DNA of 64,000 nucleotides. Origin: an uncultured Clostridium sp. (GTDB lineage Bacteria; Bacillota; Clostridia; Lachnospirales; Lachnospiraceae). A model generated the notes under the pieces. The model saw only the letters and a list, made by a program, of their open reading frames with translations, searched no databases and was not told where the DNA came from. Location of the stretch: NCBI GenBank assembly GCA_900540335.1, contig UQFC01000001.1, forward strand, positions 14,178-78,177. The letters run 5' to 3'. A program made the position numbers and the translations under genes. Each line of letters opens with the position of its first letter. Positions within the stretch are counted from its first letter, which is position 1. Positions 8,985-20,300 of the stretch are shown here, in pieces.

Positions 8985-9563
8985 TCACGCCCCTTCTCTT
9001 TTTGTGTTCCGCCGCTTTTCCCAGACCCCTTCTGCCTTCAGAGCCAGGATACTGGCAAGCCACCCTGCCAGAAATCCGCCCAGCACATCTGTGGGATAAT
9101 GAACGCCCACATAAAGCCGTGAAAATCCAATGAGAACCGCCAGAATCACAAATCCCGCTCCCACTCCCTTCCTCTCCGGAAACATCTTAAGATAAACAAG
9201 GGCAGCTGCAAAGGATGCGCAGGTGTGGCCGGAGGGAAAGGAGAAATCTGTCTGTTTTTCCACCAGCAGTTCAATCGCCGGATACAAGTCATAAGGCCGT
9301 ATCCGGGCAACCGCATTTTTCAGAAACACATTGGTAATCAGCGCTCCCACAGCCAGGGAAAGCCCTGCTGTCAGCCCTGCTTTTCTTGTTTTGGGAATCA
9401 GCGCAAAAGCAACAGCCGTCACAATCCAGAACCAGCCTGCGTCTCCCAAAAAGGTCACTGCCTTCCAAAATCCTGTCATCCAGTCTGCCCGAAGATATTC
9501 CTGTATCAGCAGCAAAATCCACACATCTGCCTGCTGGATCCATTCTCCTATCATAACGATCAC
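8985..9563 (-). CDS. PAP2-family membrane phosphatase
   Basis: The 192-aa ORF carries the PAP2 motifs KxxxxRxRP, PSGH and SRxxxxxHxxxD (FPSGH, SRLYVGVHYPTD). Confidence 0.8.
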   Translation of the reverse strand: MIVMIGEWIQQADVWILLLIQEYLRADWMTGFWKAVTFLGDAGWFWIVTAVAFALIPKTRKAGLTAGLSLAVGALITNVFLKNAVARIRPYDLYPAIELLVEKQTDFSFPSGHTCASFAAALVYLKMFPERKGVGAGFVILAVLIGFSRLYVGVHYPTDVLGGFLAGWLASILALKAEGVWEKRRNTKREGA

Positions 9564-9757
9564 TCTTTATCCTTTCTCTCTTTTCTTGCATTTTCCCTGA
9601 TTCTGTTATATGATGGCTTTCAGTATCGGCAGCCATTCCAGCCGCCCTGAACCGGCAGCGCTGCCAGTATGGCTGTAACATTCAGAACTAAGCAGAGGCC
9701 CGGCTTCTTCGCCGTCCTGAATCGTTGCGTGATTAATCAGACACAAGGAGGAATACC

Positions 9758-10786
9758 ATGATTTACAGCTTCAATAATGATTACAGCGAAGGAGCCCACC
9801 CGCGGATTCTTCAGGCTATGATGGAAACCAACCTGGAGCAGAACAACGGCTACAGCCTGGATCTCCATACAGACCATGCAAAAGAGCTGATCCGCCGGGA
9901 AATCGGCAGAGAAGATGCTGATATTCATATTATCACCGGAGGAACCCAGACCAATCTTCTGGGCATTTCCTGCGCTCTGAAGCCCTATCAGGCTGTCATC
10001 TGTGCAGAAACCGGACACATCAATGTTCACGAAACCGGCGCCATCGAAGCCACAGGACACAAGGTTCTGGGACAGCCCTCCCCGGATGGCCTTATGACTC
10101 CCGCCCTGATCCAGAAGGCTCTGGACTGGCACACAGATGAACATATGGTGCAGCCGAAAATGGTCTATATTTCCAATGCCACCGAGGTAGGAACCCAGTA
10201 CACCAAGGCTCAGTTAGAGGAGCTTTCCGCCTTCTGCCGCCAGAAAGGACTCTACCTGTTTTTAGACGGAGCCAGACTGGGTTCTGCCCTGACCAGCTCT
10301 GCCTGCGATCTGACTCTGGCTGACATTGCCCGCCTGACCGATTTATTTTATATTGGCGGTACGAAAAACGGAGCCCTCTTCGGAGAAGCGCTTATCATTC
10401 TGAATCCCAATTTAAAGCAGGATTTCCGTTACCTTATCAAACAGAAAGGCGCCATGCTGGCAAAAGGATGGCTTCTGGGCATCCAGTTTGAAGAGCTGTT
10501 CCAGAATCATCTCTTCTATGACATGGCTTCCCATGCCAATGAAATGGCAGACAGACTCCGCCGCGGCATTGAAGCATGCGGATACTCCTTCCAGTGGGCA
10601 TCCACAACCAATCAGCTGTTTCCCATCCTTCCAAATCCGGTTATGGAGGCGCTTTCCAGAGATTTCCTTTTCTCTGTCCAGACCGTGATTGACGACACCC
10701 GCACCTGCATCCGCCTGGTAACCTCCTGGGCTACAAAGCCGGAAGCAGTTGACGCCTTTTTAAAGGCTCTTCAGGAGCTCTCCTGA
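9758..10786 (+). CDS. ltaE: Low-specificity L-threonine aldolase / beta-eliminating lyase family PLP enzyme
   Basis: The 342-aa ORF has the threonine aldolase fold (NDYSEGAHP, GGTQTN, YISNATEVG, GGTKNG with a Lys for PLP). Confidence 0.8.
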   Translation: MIYSFNNDYSEGAHPRILQAMMETNLEQNNGYSLDLHTDHAKELIRREIGREDADIHIITGGTQTNLLGISCALKPYQAVICAETGHINVHETGAIEATGHKVLGQPSPDGLMTPALIQKALDWHTDEHMVQPKMVYISNATEVGTQYTKAQLEELSAFCRQKGLYLFLDGARLGSALTSSACDLTLADIARLTDLFYIGGTKNGALFGEALIILNPNLKQDFRYLIKQKGAMLAKGWLLGIQFEELFQNHLFYDMASHANEMADRLRRGIEACGYSFQWASTTNQLFPILPNPVMEALSRDFLFSVQTVIDDTRTCIRLVTSWATKPEAVDAFLKALQELS

Positions 10787-10812
10787 TTATTCATTTCTTT
10801 GACTCTTCCGGA

Positions 10813-10850
10813 AAAGGGGCAATGCACAGGCGGCCCCTTTTCCGGAATTT
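10813..10850. terminator. Bidirectional hairpin between convergent ltaE and the DUF2812 gene
   Basis: CCGGAAAAGGGGC-loop-GCCCCTTTTCCGG forms a 12-13 bp stem between the two convergent genes. Confidence 0.6.
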
Positions 10851-12206
10851 CTATTCTGCCGGTGCTTTCTTTCTGAGAAAGACCTCTTCTGCCGTTTTTA
10901 CAGCATCCGGCTCACTGGATTCTGAAAAATTCAGCACCAGCATCCTGTTTTCATCTGTAATCACATAGGTATCAAAAGCATCCTCCGGATCCTCTCTCAC
11001 CGATGAGCCGGGAATATCCAGACTGTAATGAAACCGCTCAATCGACAGGGACGGATCCCCGCTTAAAACCTCAGTCCGGGTAATCCTCCATTTATCGCCC
11101 CGATCCTTAGGATAAGCAGAGCTTCCAAAACGAAATACAGCCGGAATCGTACTTTCAAAATATTCGATCATCAACCGGTTCCCTGTCTCACTGCTTCTCC
11201 CTATCTGACTCTGATAAACAGCTGCCGGGCTTTTCAGATTTTCCAGATGATAATTCTCAATCCTGTCAAACTCCGGAGCTATCTCTTCCGGTGGATACAG
11301 CCACTCCCATGTATTTTCCTGAAAAGCTCTGATTTCCGGGATACATTTCTCCATAAGAAATACAGCGGCTCCTGAAAAAATCACACTGACTGCGACACTG
11401 CAGAGAGCATATTTGACTCTTTTCACTCTGGTATCACCGCTTTCGTGGAGACGAATCCAGGACTGCATTCCAAGAAGGATAACAAACAGAATCATAATTG
11501 CCAAAAACACCATCGCATTTCTGCTGACAAATCCTGATATTCCAAAAAATACGGCAAGCAGCACACCTGTCAGAAATGCCGTTCCCAGCGTCTTTGCCCT
11601 CACATAGGACAAACTGTGCTGAAAAAGCACCTTCTGTTCCTTCATCTGCCTTTTCGCCTTCAAAAACCAGAGAAGGCTTTCCAGCACCTTGACTCCAAAA
11701 AACACAGACAGAACCGCCAGCAGAATCCCGTCTGCCAGCCTGTCCGGATCTGCAAAGCTCTTTGCCGGATTCTCCCATATGTCTCTCATAGCCCAGACAA
11801 AAAAACCAACCAGCAGCGCTGTCACAATCCGGGAATTCAGAAGTCTTTTTTTCTGAATCGAAAACTGAAGACTCTCCTTTAAGGGCTCAGCCAGAGGAAG
11901 CTCTCTGCTTCTGGCATAAAATATCTGAATACCCGGACCTCCGCACTGAAATTTCCATCCGGCTTTTCCGCACCTTTCTCTCATAACCCGTGCCTCATAG
12001 CTGTCTGGCCCTGTCATAAAGGATCCCCCGGGAACAAAGGCTGCTGCATAGCGCCTTTCTTCCGGCTCCTCCTCATAAAATACAATTCCCCACTCCCCGA
12101 TTTTGTCCGGAAACCATCCTTTTTCCGCCATCTGTTCCAGATACGCAGACAGGGCACCCATTTCATTGGCCTCAAAAGACCAGAATGTCCATTTTCTTTT
12201 CTCCAT
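10851..12206 (-). CDS. DUF2812-family membrane protein
   Basis: The 451-aa ORF has an N-terminal DUF2812-like region (WxFxSFEANEMGALSAYLEQMAEKGW) and multiple transmembrane segments. No PadR partner is adjacent. Confidence 0.55.
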   Translation of the reverse strand: MEKRKWTFWSFEANEMGALSAYLEQMAEKGWFPDKIGEWGIVFYEEEPEERRYAAAFVPGGSFMTGPDSYEARVMRERCGKAGWKFQCGGPGIQIFYARSRELPLAEPLKESLQFSIQKKRLLNSRIVTALLVGFFVWAMRDIWENPAKSFADPDRLADGILLAVLSVFFGVKVLESLLWFLKAKRQMKEQKVLFQHSLSYVRAKTLGTAFLTGVLLAVFFGISGFVSRNAMVFLAIMILFVILLGMQSWIRLHESGDTRVKRVKYALCSVAVSVIFSGAAVFLMEKCIPEIRAFQENTWEWLYPPEEIAPEFDRIENYHLENLKSPAAVYQSQIGRSSETGNRLMIEYFESTIPAVFRFGSSAYPKDRGDKWRITRTEVLSGDPSLSIERFHYSLDIPGSSVREDPEDAFDTYVITDENRMLVLNFSESSEPDAVKTAEEVFLRKKAPAE

Positions 12207-12314
12207 GCATTTTCCCTCTCCTCAGATTCCCGTCACATCGAAATCCCTGTTCTTTCTTTTCTGAAGTCTCTTATTCCATCACAGGCAAAATTAAAGCAAA
12301 TAACACTGTCCCCT

Positions 12315-13694
12315 TTAGCTGTCCGCCCTGTCCTCAGGCATGGAACGAAAAAACGATACCACAAAAGGCAGGGTAATCACTGCCGATATAATATCTGCCG
12401 TCACCTGGGAAATCTGAATCCCGAACAGCCCGAAAGCATGGCTGAAGATCCATAAAACAGGGATAAAAACAATGCCGCTTCGAATCATTGATAAAAAAGT
12501 TGCCATCCCGCTTTTCCCAATACTCTGAAACAGCATATTTCCGCACAGAGATACAGGAAGGAAAAACAAAGACAGGCACTGGGCCCTGAGCGCCCTGACA
12601 CCTACGCTGATTACCTCCGGGTCGTCCCGGAAAAGGGCAATGATCCATCCGGAACAGAAAAATCCTGCTACTGCGGAAACGCTTAACACAACCAGGCTGC
12701 TGCGGATGCTGAACCAGAAGCCTTCCCGCACACGGCTGTATTTTCCTGCTCCGTAGTTGAAAGCACTGACCGGCTGAAAGCCCTGTCCGATTCCCAGTGC
12801 CACGCAGAACAGAAAATTAATAACCCTGGATACAATACTCATAGCCGCTATTGCTGCATCCCCATATACGGCAGAGCACAGATTCAGCACCATAACGGAA
12901 ACGCTGTTCAGTCCCTGGCGCATCAGACTTGGAAAACCCACTGCTGTAATATTGGTAATGTCCTTCCAGCTGCGGGTAAAATACCTGATGCTGATCCGGC
13001 TCTGAATCTTTTCTCTGAGAAAGGGACTGATCAGAATCGCCGCTCCCACATACTGGGAAACTGCCGTAGAAATCCCGGCTCCCCTGACTCCCATATCCAG
13101 CCCGAAAATCAGAACCGCATCTCCAAGAATATTCAGAATTCCGCCGGAGGCCAGCCCCATCATGGCAAACACGGCCTTTCCCTCATACCGCAGAATATTG
13201 TTCATGACGCAGCTGGAGGCCATGGCAGGCGCTGCCAGAAGAATCCAGGTGCTGTACTCTTTTGCATAAGGCAGAATAGAATCCGTACTTCCCAGAAGAC
13301 GCATCAAAGGTTCCTGAAAAGCAAAGCCCAGAATGCCGATACAGCTGCCGCACAAAATCGAAAGGAAGAAACTGGTAGAGGCAAATTTTCTGGCACTCTC
13401 CACATCCTTGCCGCCCAGCTTTCTGCTGATATTGCTTCCCGCCCCGTGGCCCAGCATAAATCCGAAGGCCTGAATAATCGCCATCAGGGCAAACACTACG
13501 CCGGTAGCTCCGCTGGCGCTGGTTCCCAGACTGCTTACAAAAAAGGTATCCGCCATATTGTACACATTGGTTACCAGCATACTGATCGTCGTAGGAAGCC
13601 CCAGAGTCAGCACCAGCTGATGAACCGGAGTCTTTGTCATTTTATCATACTGTTCCTGGGCGCTCTCTCCATTTTCCACATGTTTTCCCTGCAT
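12315..13694 (-). CDS. MATE-family efflux transporter
   Basis: It has 12 transmembrane segments and a MATE fold. I placed the start at the ATG at 13694, which follows GAGGTG with a 6 nt spacer. The ORF-track N-terminal extension lies upstream of the RBS. Confidence 0.8.
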   Translation of the reverse strand: MQGKHVENGESAQEQYDKMTKTPVHQLVLTLGLPTTISMLVTNVYNMADTFFVSSLGTSASGATGVVFALMAIIQAFGFMLGHGAGSNISRKLGGKDVESARKFASTSFFLSILCGSCIGILGFAFQEPLMRLLGSTDSILPYAKEYSTWILLAAPAMASSCVMNNILRYEGKAVFAMMGLASGGILNILGDAVLIFGLDMGVRGAGISTAVSQYVGAAILISPFLREKIQSRISIRYFTRSWKDITNITAVGFPSLMRQGLNSVSVMVLNLCSAVYGDAAIAAMSIVSRVINFLFCVALGIGQGFQPVSAFNYGAGKYSRVREGFWFSIRSSLVVLSVSAVAGFFCSGWIIALFRDDPEVISVGVRALRAQCLSLFFLPVSLCGNMLFQSIGKSGMATFLSMIRSGIVFIPVLWIFSHAFGLFGIQISQVTADIISAVITLPFVVSFFRSMPEDRADS

Positions 13695-13830
13695 TTTTTC
13701 ACCTCTGTATCGCAGTTTATATTTGTAACAATTCAGGACCGGAATATCCGATCCTGACCTATTACCCATATTTTATCTTAGCACAGGAATTTTCTATCTG
13801 CAACAATCTTCCCCACACTTATCTTATATC

Positions 13831-15171
13831 TTATCTTATATCATACTGATCATTCTGGCTGTTATTGGCCTGTTCTGCTGAAATCTCCACATCCTTCCAT
13901 TTCCAGTCCTGTATTCCGGATAATCTTCCAAATTCCTTTGCCTGAATTTTCACATGCTCCAGCACCACATTCATCATCGGCTTCTCTGGAAAAGCATCAA
14001 CCTCAAAGGCCCTGGAAATCCCCTGATAATCCGGTTCATTCCATGCAGTAATGTTTCTGAAAATCATATTTTTCACCTGGGGAATTCCCTTTTCTGCCGG
14101 AATCACAGGCTCTGCCAGAATCTCCCAGTGACGCGGAATTTCCCCCTCATACGATTCCGGAATTCTGCAATAGCTGTAAGCCGGATGCCAGTTTAAACAC
14201 ATATTAAACGGATATTTTACATTAATCATTTCCAAATTTTCTACCAGAATATCCTCAATCAGACCTCCTCTCGTTTTTGCCGACTTAATACGAAAACCGC
14301 AATCTGTATTTTTATACCTGATATTCCTGATTGTAATATTTTTTATTCCTCCGGAAGTTTCACTTCCAAGTGTCACTCCGCAGCCTGTAAGAATCCGACA
14401 ATTCTGAATCACTACATTTTGACAGATTCTGTTGACACGGAGCCCATCTGCATCACGTCCCGATTTCACACAGATACTGTCATCATTGCAGGCAATTACG
14501 CAGTTCTCTACCAGAACCTTTTCACAGGAGTCAATATCAATTCCATCTGTGCTTGGTCCTTCATTATCGTAGATCGATACCCCCTCTACATGGACTTCTC
14601 TGGAATAACAGATATGAATATTCCAGAATCCGGAGCGGCGGCTTTCAAAATCTGCGAGTTCTATATTTTCACTGTTCATAACCACCAGATTTCTGGCTCT
14701 CCTGCAATCGTAATCCACGCACCATCTCAATCCCCGTGCATCATAATTCTTTCGCATTCCGCCAGTTCCGTCCTGACCCCAGTATTTATTCCACCAGTAA
14801 GGCCCCTGCCCGTCAATACAGCCATTCCCTGTTACTTTTACATGATGCTGCCCGATAATATTCAAAATTCCTACCGGCCACTCCATCTCTATTCCTGCCA
14901 CTCTGGTCGGAAGAATCGGGTAACAGGCTTCCTCTGTTGTTCCCAAAAGAACCGCCCCCTGTTCCATGCAAAACTCCAGATTACTCTTTAAAAACAGGGA
15001 GCCTGTTAAATATACTCCTTTTTCCAGAAGAACCGTCGCATGAGACTCTTCTGTCTCCGCGCCTTCCAAGCTTTCCGCTGCCTTATCAATCGCTCTCTGG
15101 ATTGCCTCTGTATCCAGAGTAACCCCATCTCCGGCAGCACCAAATTCCTTTGGATTAAAAATTTTATTCAT
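13831..15171 (-). CDS. Glycoside hydrolase family 28 (polygalacturonase/rhamnogalacturonase-type)
   Basis: It has the GH28 catalytic motifs (STDGIDID, CNDDSICVKSG, GCGVTLGSE, RIKS) and parallel beta-helix repeats. I placed the start at 15171 after an AGAGGAAAAG RBS. Confidence 0.8.
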   Translation of the reverse strand: MNKIFNPKEFGAAGDGVTLDTEAIQRAIDKAAESLEGAETEESHATVLLEKGVYLTGSLFLKSNLEFCMEQGAVLLGTTEEACYPILPTRVAGIEMEWPVGILNIIGQHHVKVTGNGCIDGQGPYWWNKYWGQDGTGGMRKNYDARGLRWCVDYDCRRARNLVVMNSENIELADFESRRSGFWNIHICYSREVHVEGVSIYDNEGPSTDGIDIDSCEKVLVENCVIACNDDSICVKSGRDADGLRVNRICQNVVIQNCRILTGCGVTLGSETSGGIKNITIRNIRYKNTDCGFRIKSAKTRGGLIEDILVENLEMINVKYPFNMCLNWHPAYSYCRIPESYEGEIPRHWEILAEPVIPAEKGIPQVKNMIFRNITAWNEPDYQGISRAFEVDAFPEKPMMNVVLEHVKIQAKEFGRLSGIQDWKWKDVEISAEQANNSQNDQYDIR

Positions 15172-15210
15172 ATTCTTTTCCTCTTTCCCGGACACGTCTT
15201 CCTTCATGGT

Positions 15211-17385
15211 TTAAAATGACTTCTTCATTTTTTCTACTTCCATTCCAGCCAGCATTACGATGCCCACTCCATGGGTATCATTTTTGTTCCATCCCAAATC
15301 ATTTGCATAATATTCTTTACTGAAGGAATAACCGGAGCCGCGGCAGACTCCGTAAATATTTCCTTTCCAGTCAATCGCCTTTCTGCAAAGGGCCTGCCAG
15401 CCTTTTTCAGCACTCTCCCCATAGATTTCCGGTTCTTTCAGCCATCCATAACGAACTCCTCTGGCAAAACCATAAATGAACATAGCTGTGCAGGAAGTTT
15501 CTTCATACGAATGCTCAAAGGTCAGCACCTGATGCCACATTCCATCCTTTCCCTGCAGCCGGAGATATCCCTGGCACAGAGTTTGAAACATGGTTATAAG
15601 CTCTTCTTTGTCCTCATCCTGCTCCGGTAAAACAGCCAGAAGCTCTGTCAGTGAAAATAAAACCCAGCCGTTTCCTCTCCCCCAAGGTACCTTTGTCTGT
15701 ACTTCATAATGTGTATCATAAATATGCGACATAATCTGAAGCTCCGGCATATACAAATACCGGAAAAAATGTTTTGCCTGTTTTTTAGCATCCTCCAGAT
15801 ACAAGCTGTCCCCTGTTTTTTCGTAATAGCGACATAAAAACGGAATGCTCATATACATGTCATCTGCCCACATCGTTTCATTCATAATCGGAAGATAGGA
15901 ATGATTCCTGTAAAATGTTCCATCTGCCAGCCTCTGCTGCTTTTTTATCATATATTCAGCCACTGCATCTGCAATTTTTTCCCCTTCCGGAATTTCGTGA
16001 TCCTTCATAACCTCTAACAACGCAGAAGCAAAAGAACCGCAATCGTCCAGACTATCGATCGTTGTCAATTGATTGTGAAAAGGAGCCGCCCCGTAAAAAG
16101 ACTGATCCCAAAGACAATACTCATAAAATTCCGTACACTTTTTCATGTGTCCTTCTACATAGTCCTGAATTTCCGCATTATCCAGCAGTCTGCCGCTCTG
16201 TATCATTCCGTAAAGAGTCACTCCCAACGGATAATTCCACTCCCCGTATAAAACCCCTTCATTAAACGGTCTGAGATACATGTCCGGAAGATCCGCCTTC
16301 CAGAAGGATATGCCTTTTTCTGTCCGGAACGGCTTTTGAAATGACAGAAGATCTTCCATGTTTACTTCCTGTCCTTCTGCAAAAGGTCCTGCAAAAAGTC
16401 CGCCAGGTTTTCTTTTTTCTGCCAGATTCACCGGACATTCCTGTTCTATCTGTTTCCCTGTTTTTTTCATGCAGACCTGCAGTACATCGTCCGTTCCTTC
16501 CCAGGCAATCAGATGGCTTCCACCCTTCAGCTCCATTTCCAGTTTCCAGGAGCCCGCCATTTCTCCTCTCCACTCTCCGTCAACCCACAGTCTTCCTGCA
16601 AAAGCCCCCTGATGTTTTTCTGGGGCTCCTGTAAATACAACGGTTCCTGGTGAAGGTAAAAAAATCCTGGAAGCTTTTATCATTTTCCATTGCTTCCTCT
16701 CTTCTTCCTGCGTATCTGTACCATAGAGACGTTCCATAAGAGGAAGGTCTGATTTCTGTGTCCAGCAGACCTCTGGCAGCCAGTGAATTTTTGTTTCTTC
16801 TTCACTCTCATACAGTTCAGGAATTCTTTCTATCGCCCGGCTGAATGAACTGCTGTAAACAAATCCACTGATTCCTCTGTGTTCCCTGTCCGGCCCGAAA
16901 AACTGAATTCGTCGTCCCTTATAGGAACTGCTTCCAATTCGAAATCCACAGCCTAAGGGGGTGGAAATGCACTGGAAAAACAGGCTGTTTTCTCCTTCCT
17001 TTAAGTCCAGACAAATATCTGAAATCTGATCAGAAAAACGCTCCTGCGTATGATTTGTACGAAAAGAAAGGATCCCGTTTACCCAGATACTGACCGGTCC
17101 CCACGCACTGAAACGGAAATGAAAAGGGCCTGCCTGGGGCATCTTCAAAGAAGCCCAGGCATAGACGTACTGCTCCGGCAAAAGCCCGGGAAGCTTTTCA
17201 TGAAGCGCAATTTCATCCATATAATCTTCTGATATATGAAAATTATTTTTACTTCTCAAAAAATAAGTAACCGGAACCGGAGGATTGTCCGACATAAAAC
17301 GATTTGCAATAATTGGAAGAACCTTTTCAGCCTCACAGCCAGCTCTTGCCGCAATTCCCTCTTCCTGAAAAAAATATTCACTCAT
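15211..17385 (-). CDS. GH105 unsaturated rhamnogalacturonyl hydrolase (YesR/YteR-like) with an N-terminal extension
   Basis: The 724-aa ORF has a C-terminal (alpha/alpha)6 GH105 domain (WADDMYM, HIYD, WGRGNGW) fused to a roughly 300-aa N-terminal beta-rich domain. Confidence 0.75.
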   Translation of the reverse strand: MSEYFFQEEGIAARAGCEAEKVLPIIANRFMSDNPPVPVTYFLRSKNNFHISEDYMDEIALHEKLPGLLPEQYVYAWASLKMPQAGPFHFRFSAWGPVSIWVNGILSFRTNHTQERFSDQISDICLDLKEGENSLFFQCISTPLGCGFRIGSSSYKGRRIQFFGPDREHRGISGFVYSSSFSRAIERIPELYESEEETKIHWLPEVCWTQKSDLPLMERLYGTDTQEEERKQWKMIKASRIFLPSPGTVVFTGAPEKHQGAFAGRLWVDGEWRGEMAGSWKLEMELKGGSHLIAWEGTDDVLQVCMKKTGKQIEQECPVNLAEKRKPGGLFAGPFAEGQEVNMEDLLSFQKPFRTEKGISFWKADLPDMYLRPFNEGVLYGEWNYPLGVTLYGMIQSGRLLDNAEIQDYVEGHMKKCTEFYEYCLWDQSFYGAAPFHNQLTTIDSLDDCGSFASALLEVMKDHEIPEGEKIADAVAEYMIKKQQRLADGTFYRNHSYLPIMNETMWADDMYMSIPFLCRYYEKTGDSLYLEDAKKQAKHFFRYLYMPELQIMSHIYDTHYEVQTKVPWGRGNGWVLFSLTELLAVLPEQDEDKEELITMFQTLCQGYLRLQGKDGMWHQVLTFEHSYEETSCTAMFIYGFARGVRYGWLKEPEIYGESAEKGWQALCRKAIDWKGNIYGVCRGSGYSFSKEYYANDLGWNKNDTHGVGIVMLAGMEVEKMKKSF

Positions 17386-20300
17386 ACGTTTTCTCCTTCC
17401 TTAGACAGCACCGGGAACAGCTGATGTTTTTCATAGTCAAAATAGGTTCCGTCCAGCATATTTGCCAGAGTATTTGTAACAGCTATCTGAATTTCGTTTT
17501 CTTCTTTCAAAAGCCCTGCCGGACATTCCCACTGGTAGGGAGTGTATGCTTTCACTCCCAAATCCTTCCCGTTTATAAAAATCTGAATACAATCATAAGA
17601 TGGGATTTTCTGATTCAGCCGTACTGAAAGGAGGCTGTTTTCATCACTGTCCTTCTCCACTCCCAGCTCTTTCTTTTTCATGATTTTTTTATATGTAATC
17701 GTGCCGCTGTAAAATGGAATTCCCTGACACCAGTATCCATCCGGTGTTCCTGTTTCCGGCTGTTTCACTAATTGAAACATTCCATTTTTCTCTTTCACTC
17801 CAAAACTTCCCCGCAGATATACAGGATCTCTCAACCCATCTTCATCTTTCTCTATCCGCATTTCAAAAATGATTTCATTTTTCCCCGGCTTTACCAAGTC
17901 GCCAATAAATATCTGACGGTTATTTGGATCATTGACACGAACAGTTTCCCATCTGCTCTCTTCTAACAATCTTCCGTTGATTTGAATTCTGCAGTCACCT
18001 GCCGCGGTCTCCCGATCCATAAAAAGGGAAAGATCCTCCGGTACCTGCTCTGCCAGAAATGAAATCCGGTAATAACAGGAAACCGGATATGCCGGCCTTA
18101 TTTTCCGCGGAGTTCCAAAATCTCCCAGAAAACAAAGGTTTTCTTTTTCCAGAAGCTTTGCCCCGCTGCACTGCTCTATGAATGTTTTTACCTCAGTTTT
18201 TTTCCACTCTTGCTTGTCCAGAGATATTTCCACATTACCAAAACGACAGATGTTTTTTCCGTCCAGTTTCATATTCCACTGGCCTTCTGCAGGAATCCGG
18301 ATGATTTTTCTTTCATTCTCCCTTCGGATATTGCCCTCCGCAAAATCAACAGCTTTTTTTATTTTTATCCACCGGCTCTCAAACCCTTCCAAAGAAAGAA
18401 CCATCTTTCCGTCCTTCTCCGATACTTCTTGAATATTGCCATTTTCCAAATCATACTGAAAAGCCTTTACGCTTCCGTCATTTTTATATATCAGATCTGC
18501 CGTAACAGGGTTCCTTCCCTGATTTGCAAGAAACGCATACACATTTCCAGCTTCATCTTTCCGGATACACCCTATCACCTGTCTGGGATCTCCCTCTTTC
18601 ATCTGCCATACCGCGCTCGCTTTCGTATTTTTCCGACACTGACTGATCAATTCATCCTCCTGAAACTCCGGTAAAAATACTGCGGAATTCCGTTCAAATA
18701 ACTGCTTCCACGCATGGGAGGTTTCCTGATCCGTTTCTCCCTGATCCACAGAATATTCTGGTATTTGCTCTATTCCAATGACACAGCCGCCCTGTTCTGC
18801 AAACGTAAGCAGACGTTTTCTGGTTTCTGCTTCCATACACGGGCATGGAGGAATTATTACTACAGAATAGGCCGCCTTCCCCAGGAATATCTTTCCATCA
18901 CGGATTTGAGCATCTTTTAGAAGTTCTCCATCCAGATGATCATAATCCATTTGATGAAACAAAATACTTTTACAAACCTCTACCCATTTGTTTCGGATCC
19001 TGTCACATAATTTCTTTTCTTCATTAGATTCTCCCTGATACGGAAATCCGTGGAAGGGATCTCCCAGGCTTGTCCACAGAGCTGCAACAGGATCCAGTAC
19101 GGCAATCTCTGTCTCCGCTTCTGTTCCTGTCACAATAACCCCCATTCTGCCTACATAGTCAGCAAGCTTTCTGTAGTGCTTCCAATAGGGGTTCTGCAAA
19201 AACTGGGATGGTGGCGCATCATGTTTTGTAATATCCTGTATTGTATAATAAAAAGCATGAAAATTATAGAGATTTATTCCGCTGCTTCCCAGGCGATCTA
19301 TCATCCACTTGGCATCCTGAAGTGTCATCGTCCATCCCACACTGTGAAAGCTTTCAATCATCGCATACTTTTTCCCAAGCTGCCTTGCCAGAGAACTGAC
19401 CGCCTTTGCATTACTCCTGTAATTGGGAATATACTCATCATAAATCCACTCCAGCGGTTTCCCCAGCTTTTCATGAGCAGTATCGCCTCCTGGAATATCG
19501 CTGAAACGCTGTGTACTGTGGCGCATAGATGGAACCTCTGTTGCATAAAGCAGATTGTTTTCCCTGCACCACTCAGACACCTGTTTATGGTAGCTGCTGC
19601 GAAAAAGCTCGTGAGCTGTTTCATACAAATCATATCTGACTTTTAAAGCATTTTCTGCCGTTCTGTCATGAAGCGCCGGAAGGCAGTCCAAAAGAGAATA
19701 TCCGTGGCGTTTTTCAAAGACTTCAGGAAGCAGTCTTGACCAGGGAATCGGACTCAGTAACCCTACCTCATCAGAAAACATCCCATGAACAGTAATTCCA
19801 AACTGTTCTCCCACTGCTTTTTTATAGCGCTCATGGGTTGTTTTCAGAAATGTTTTCACTGCATCCCGGTTACAGGGATCAAAAAATCCCCCATAATATT
19901 TAAAATCCCCTAACTTCCCCTCTGAATAAATCTCTATCCGCCAGTTTCCCTCTTCCAATTCCGGCAGTCTTCCTTTTAAAACTTTTGAAGGTCCGTAAGT
20001 AAAAAATCTTTTATTATTATATTTTGTCAAACCGGTCTGTTGGTATATTTTTTCTTTTTGAAGGCTTCCAACCCAATCTGCCAGATTTAATTCCTTATTC
20101 CAGCAGGTCTCTCCTTTTTTATTAACAGGATATGCTCTGGCAAACAGAATCCTGTTCCAGCCCAGATCTTCTTCTACCATCGAACCACCTGATACATCAA
20201 GCCTTGTGTGATGAAGAACCATATGCTCTGCCTCTGGATGCTCCAGGAGAACCTCCCCTCCACTCATTCCGCTGGGATAGGGGTATTCATCATATAACCA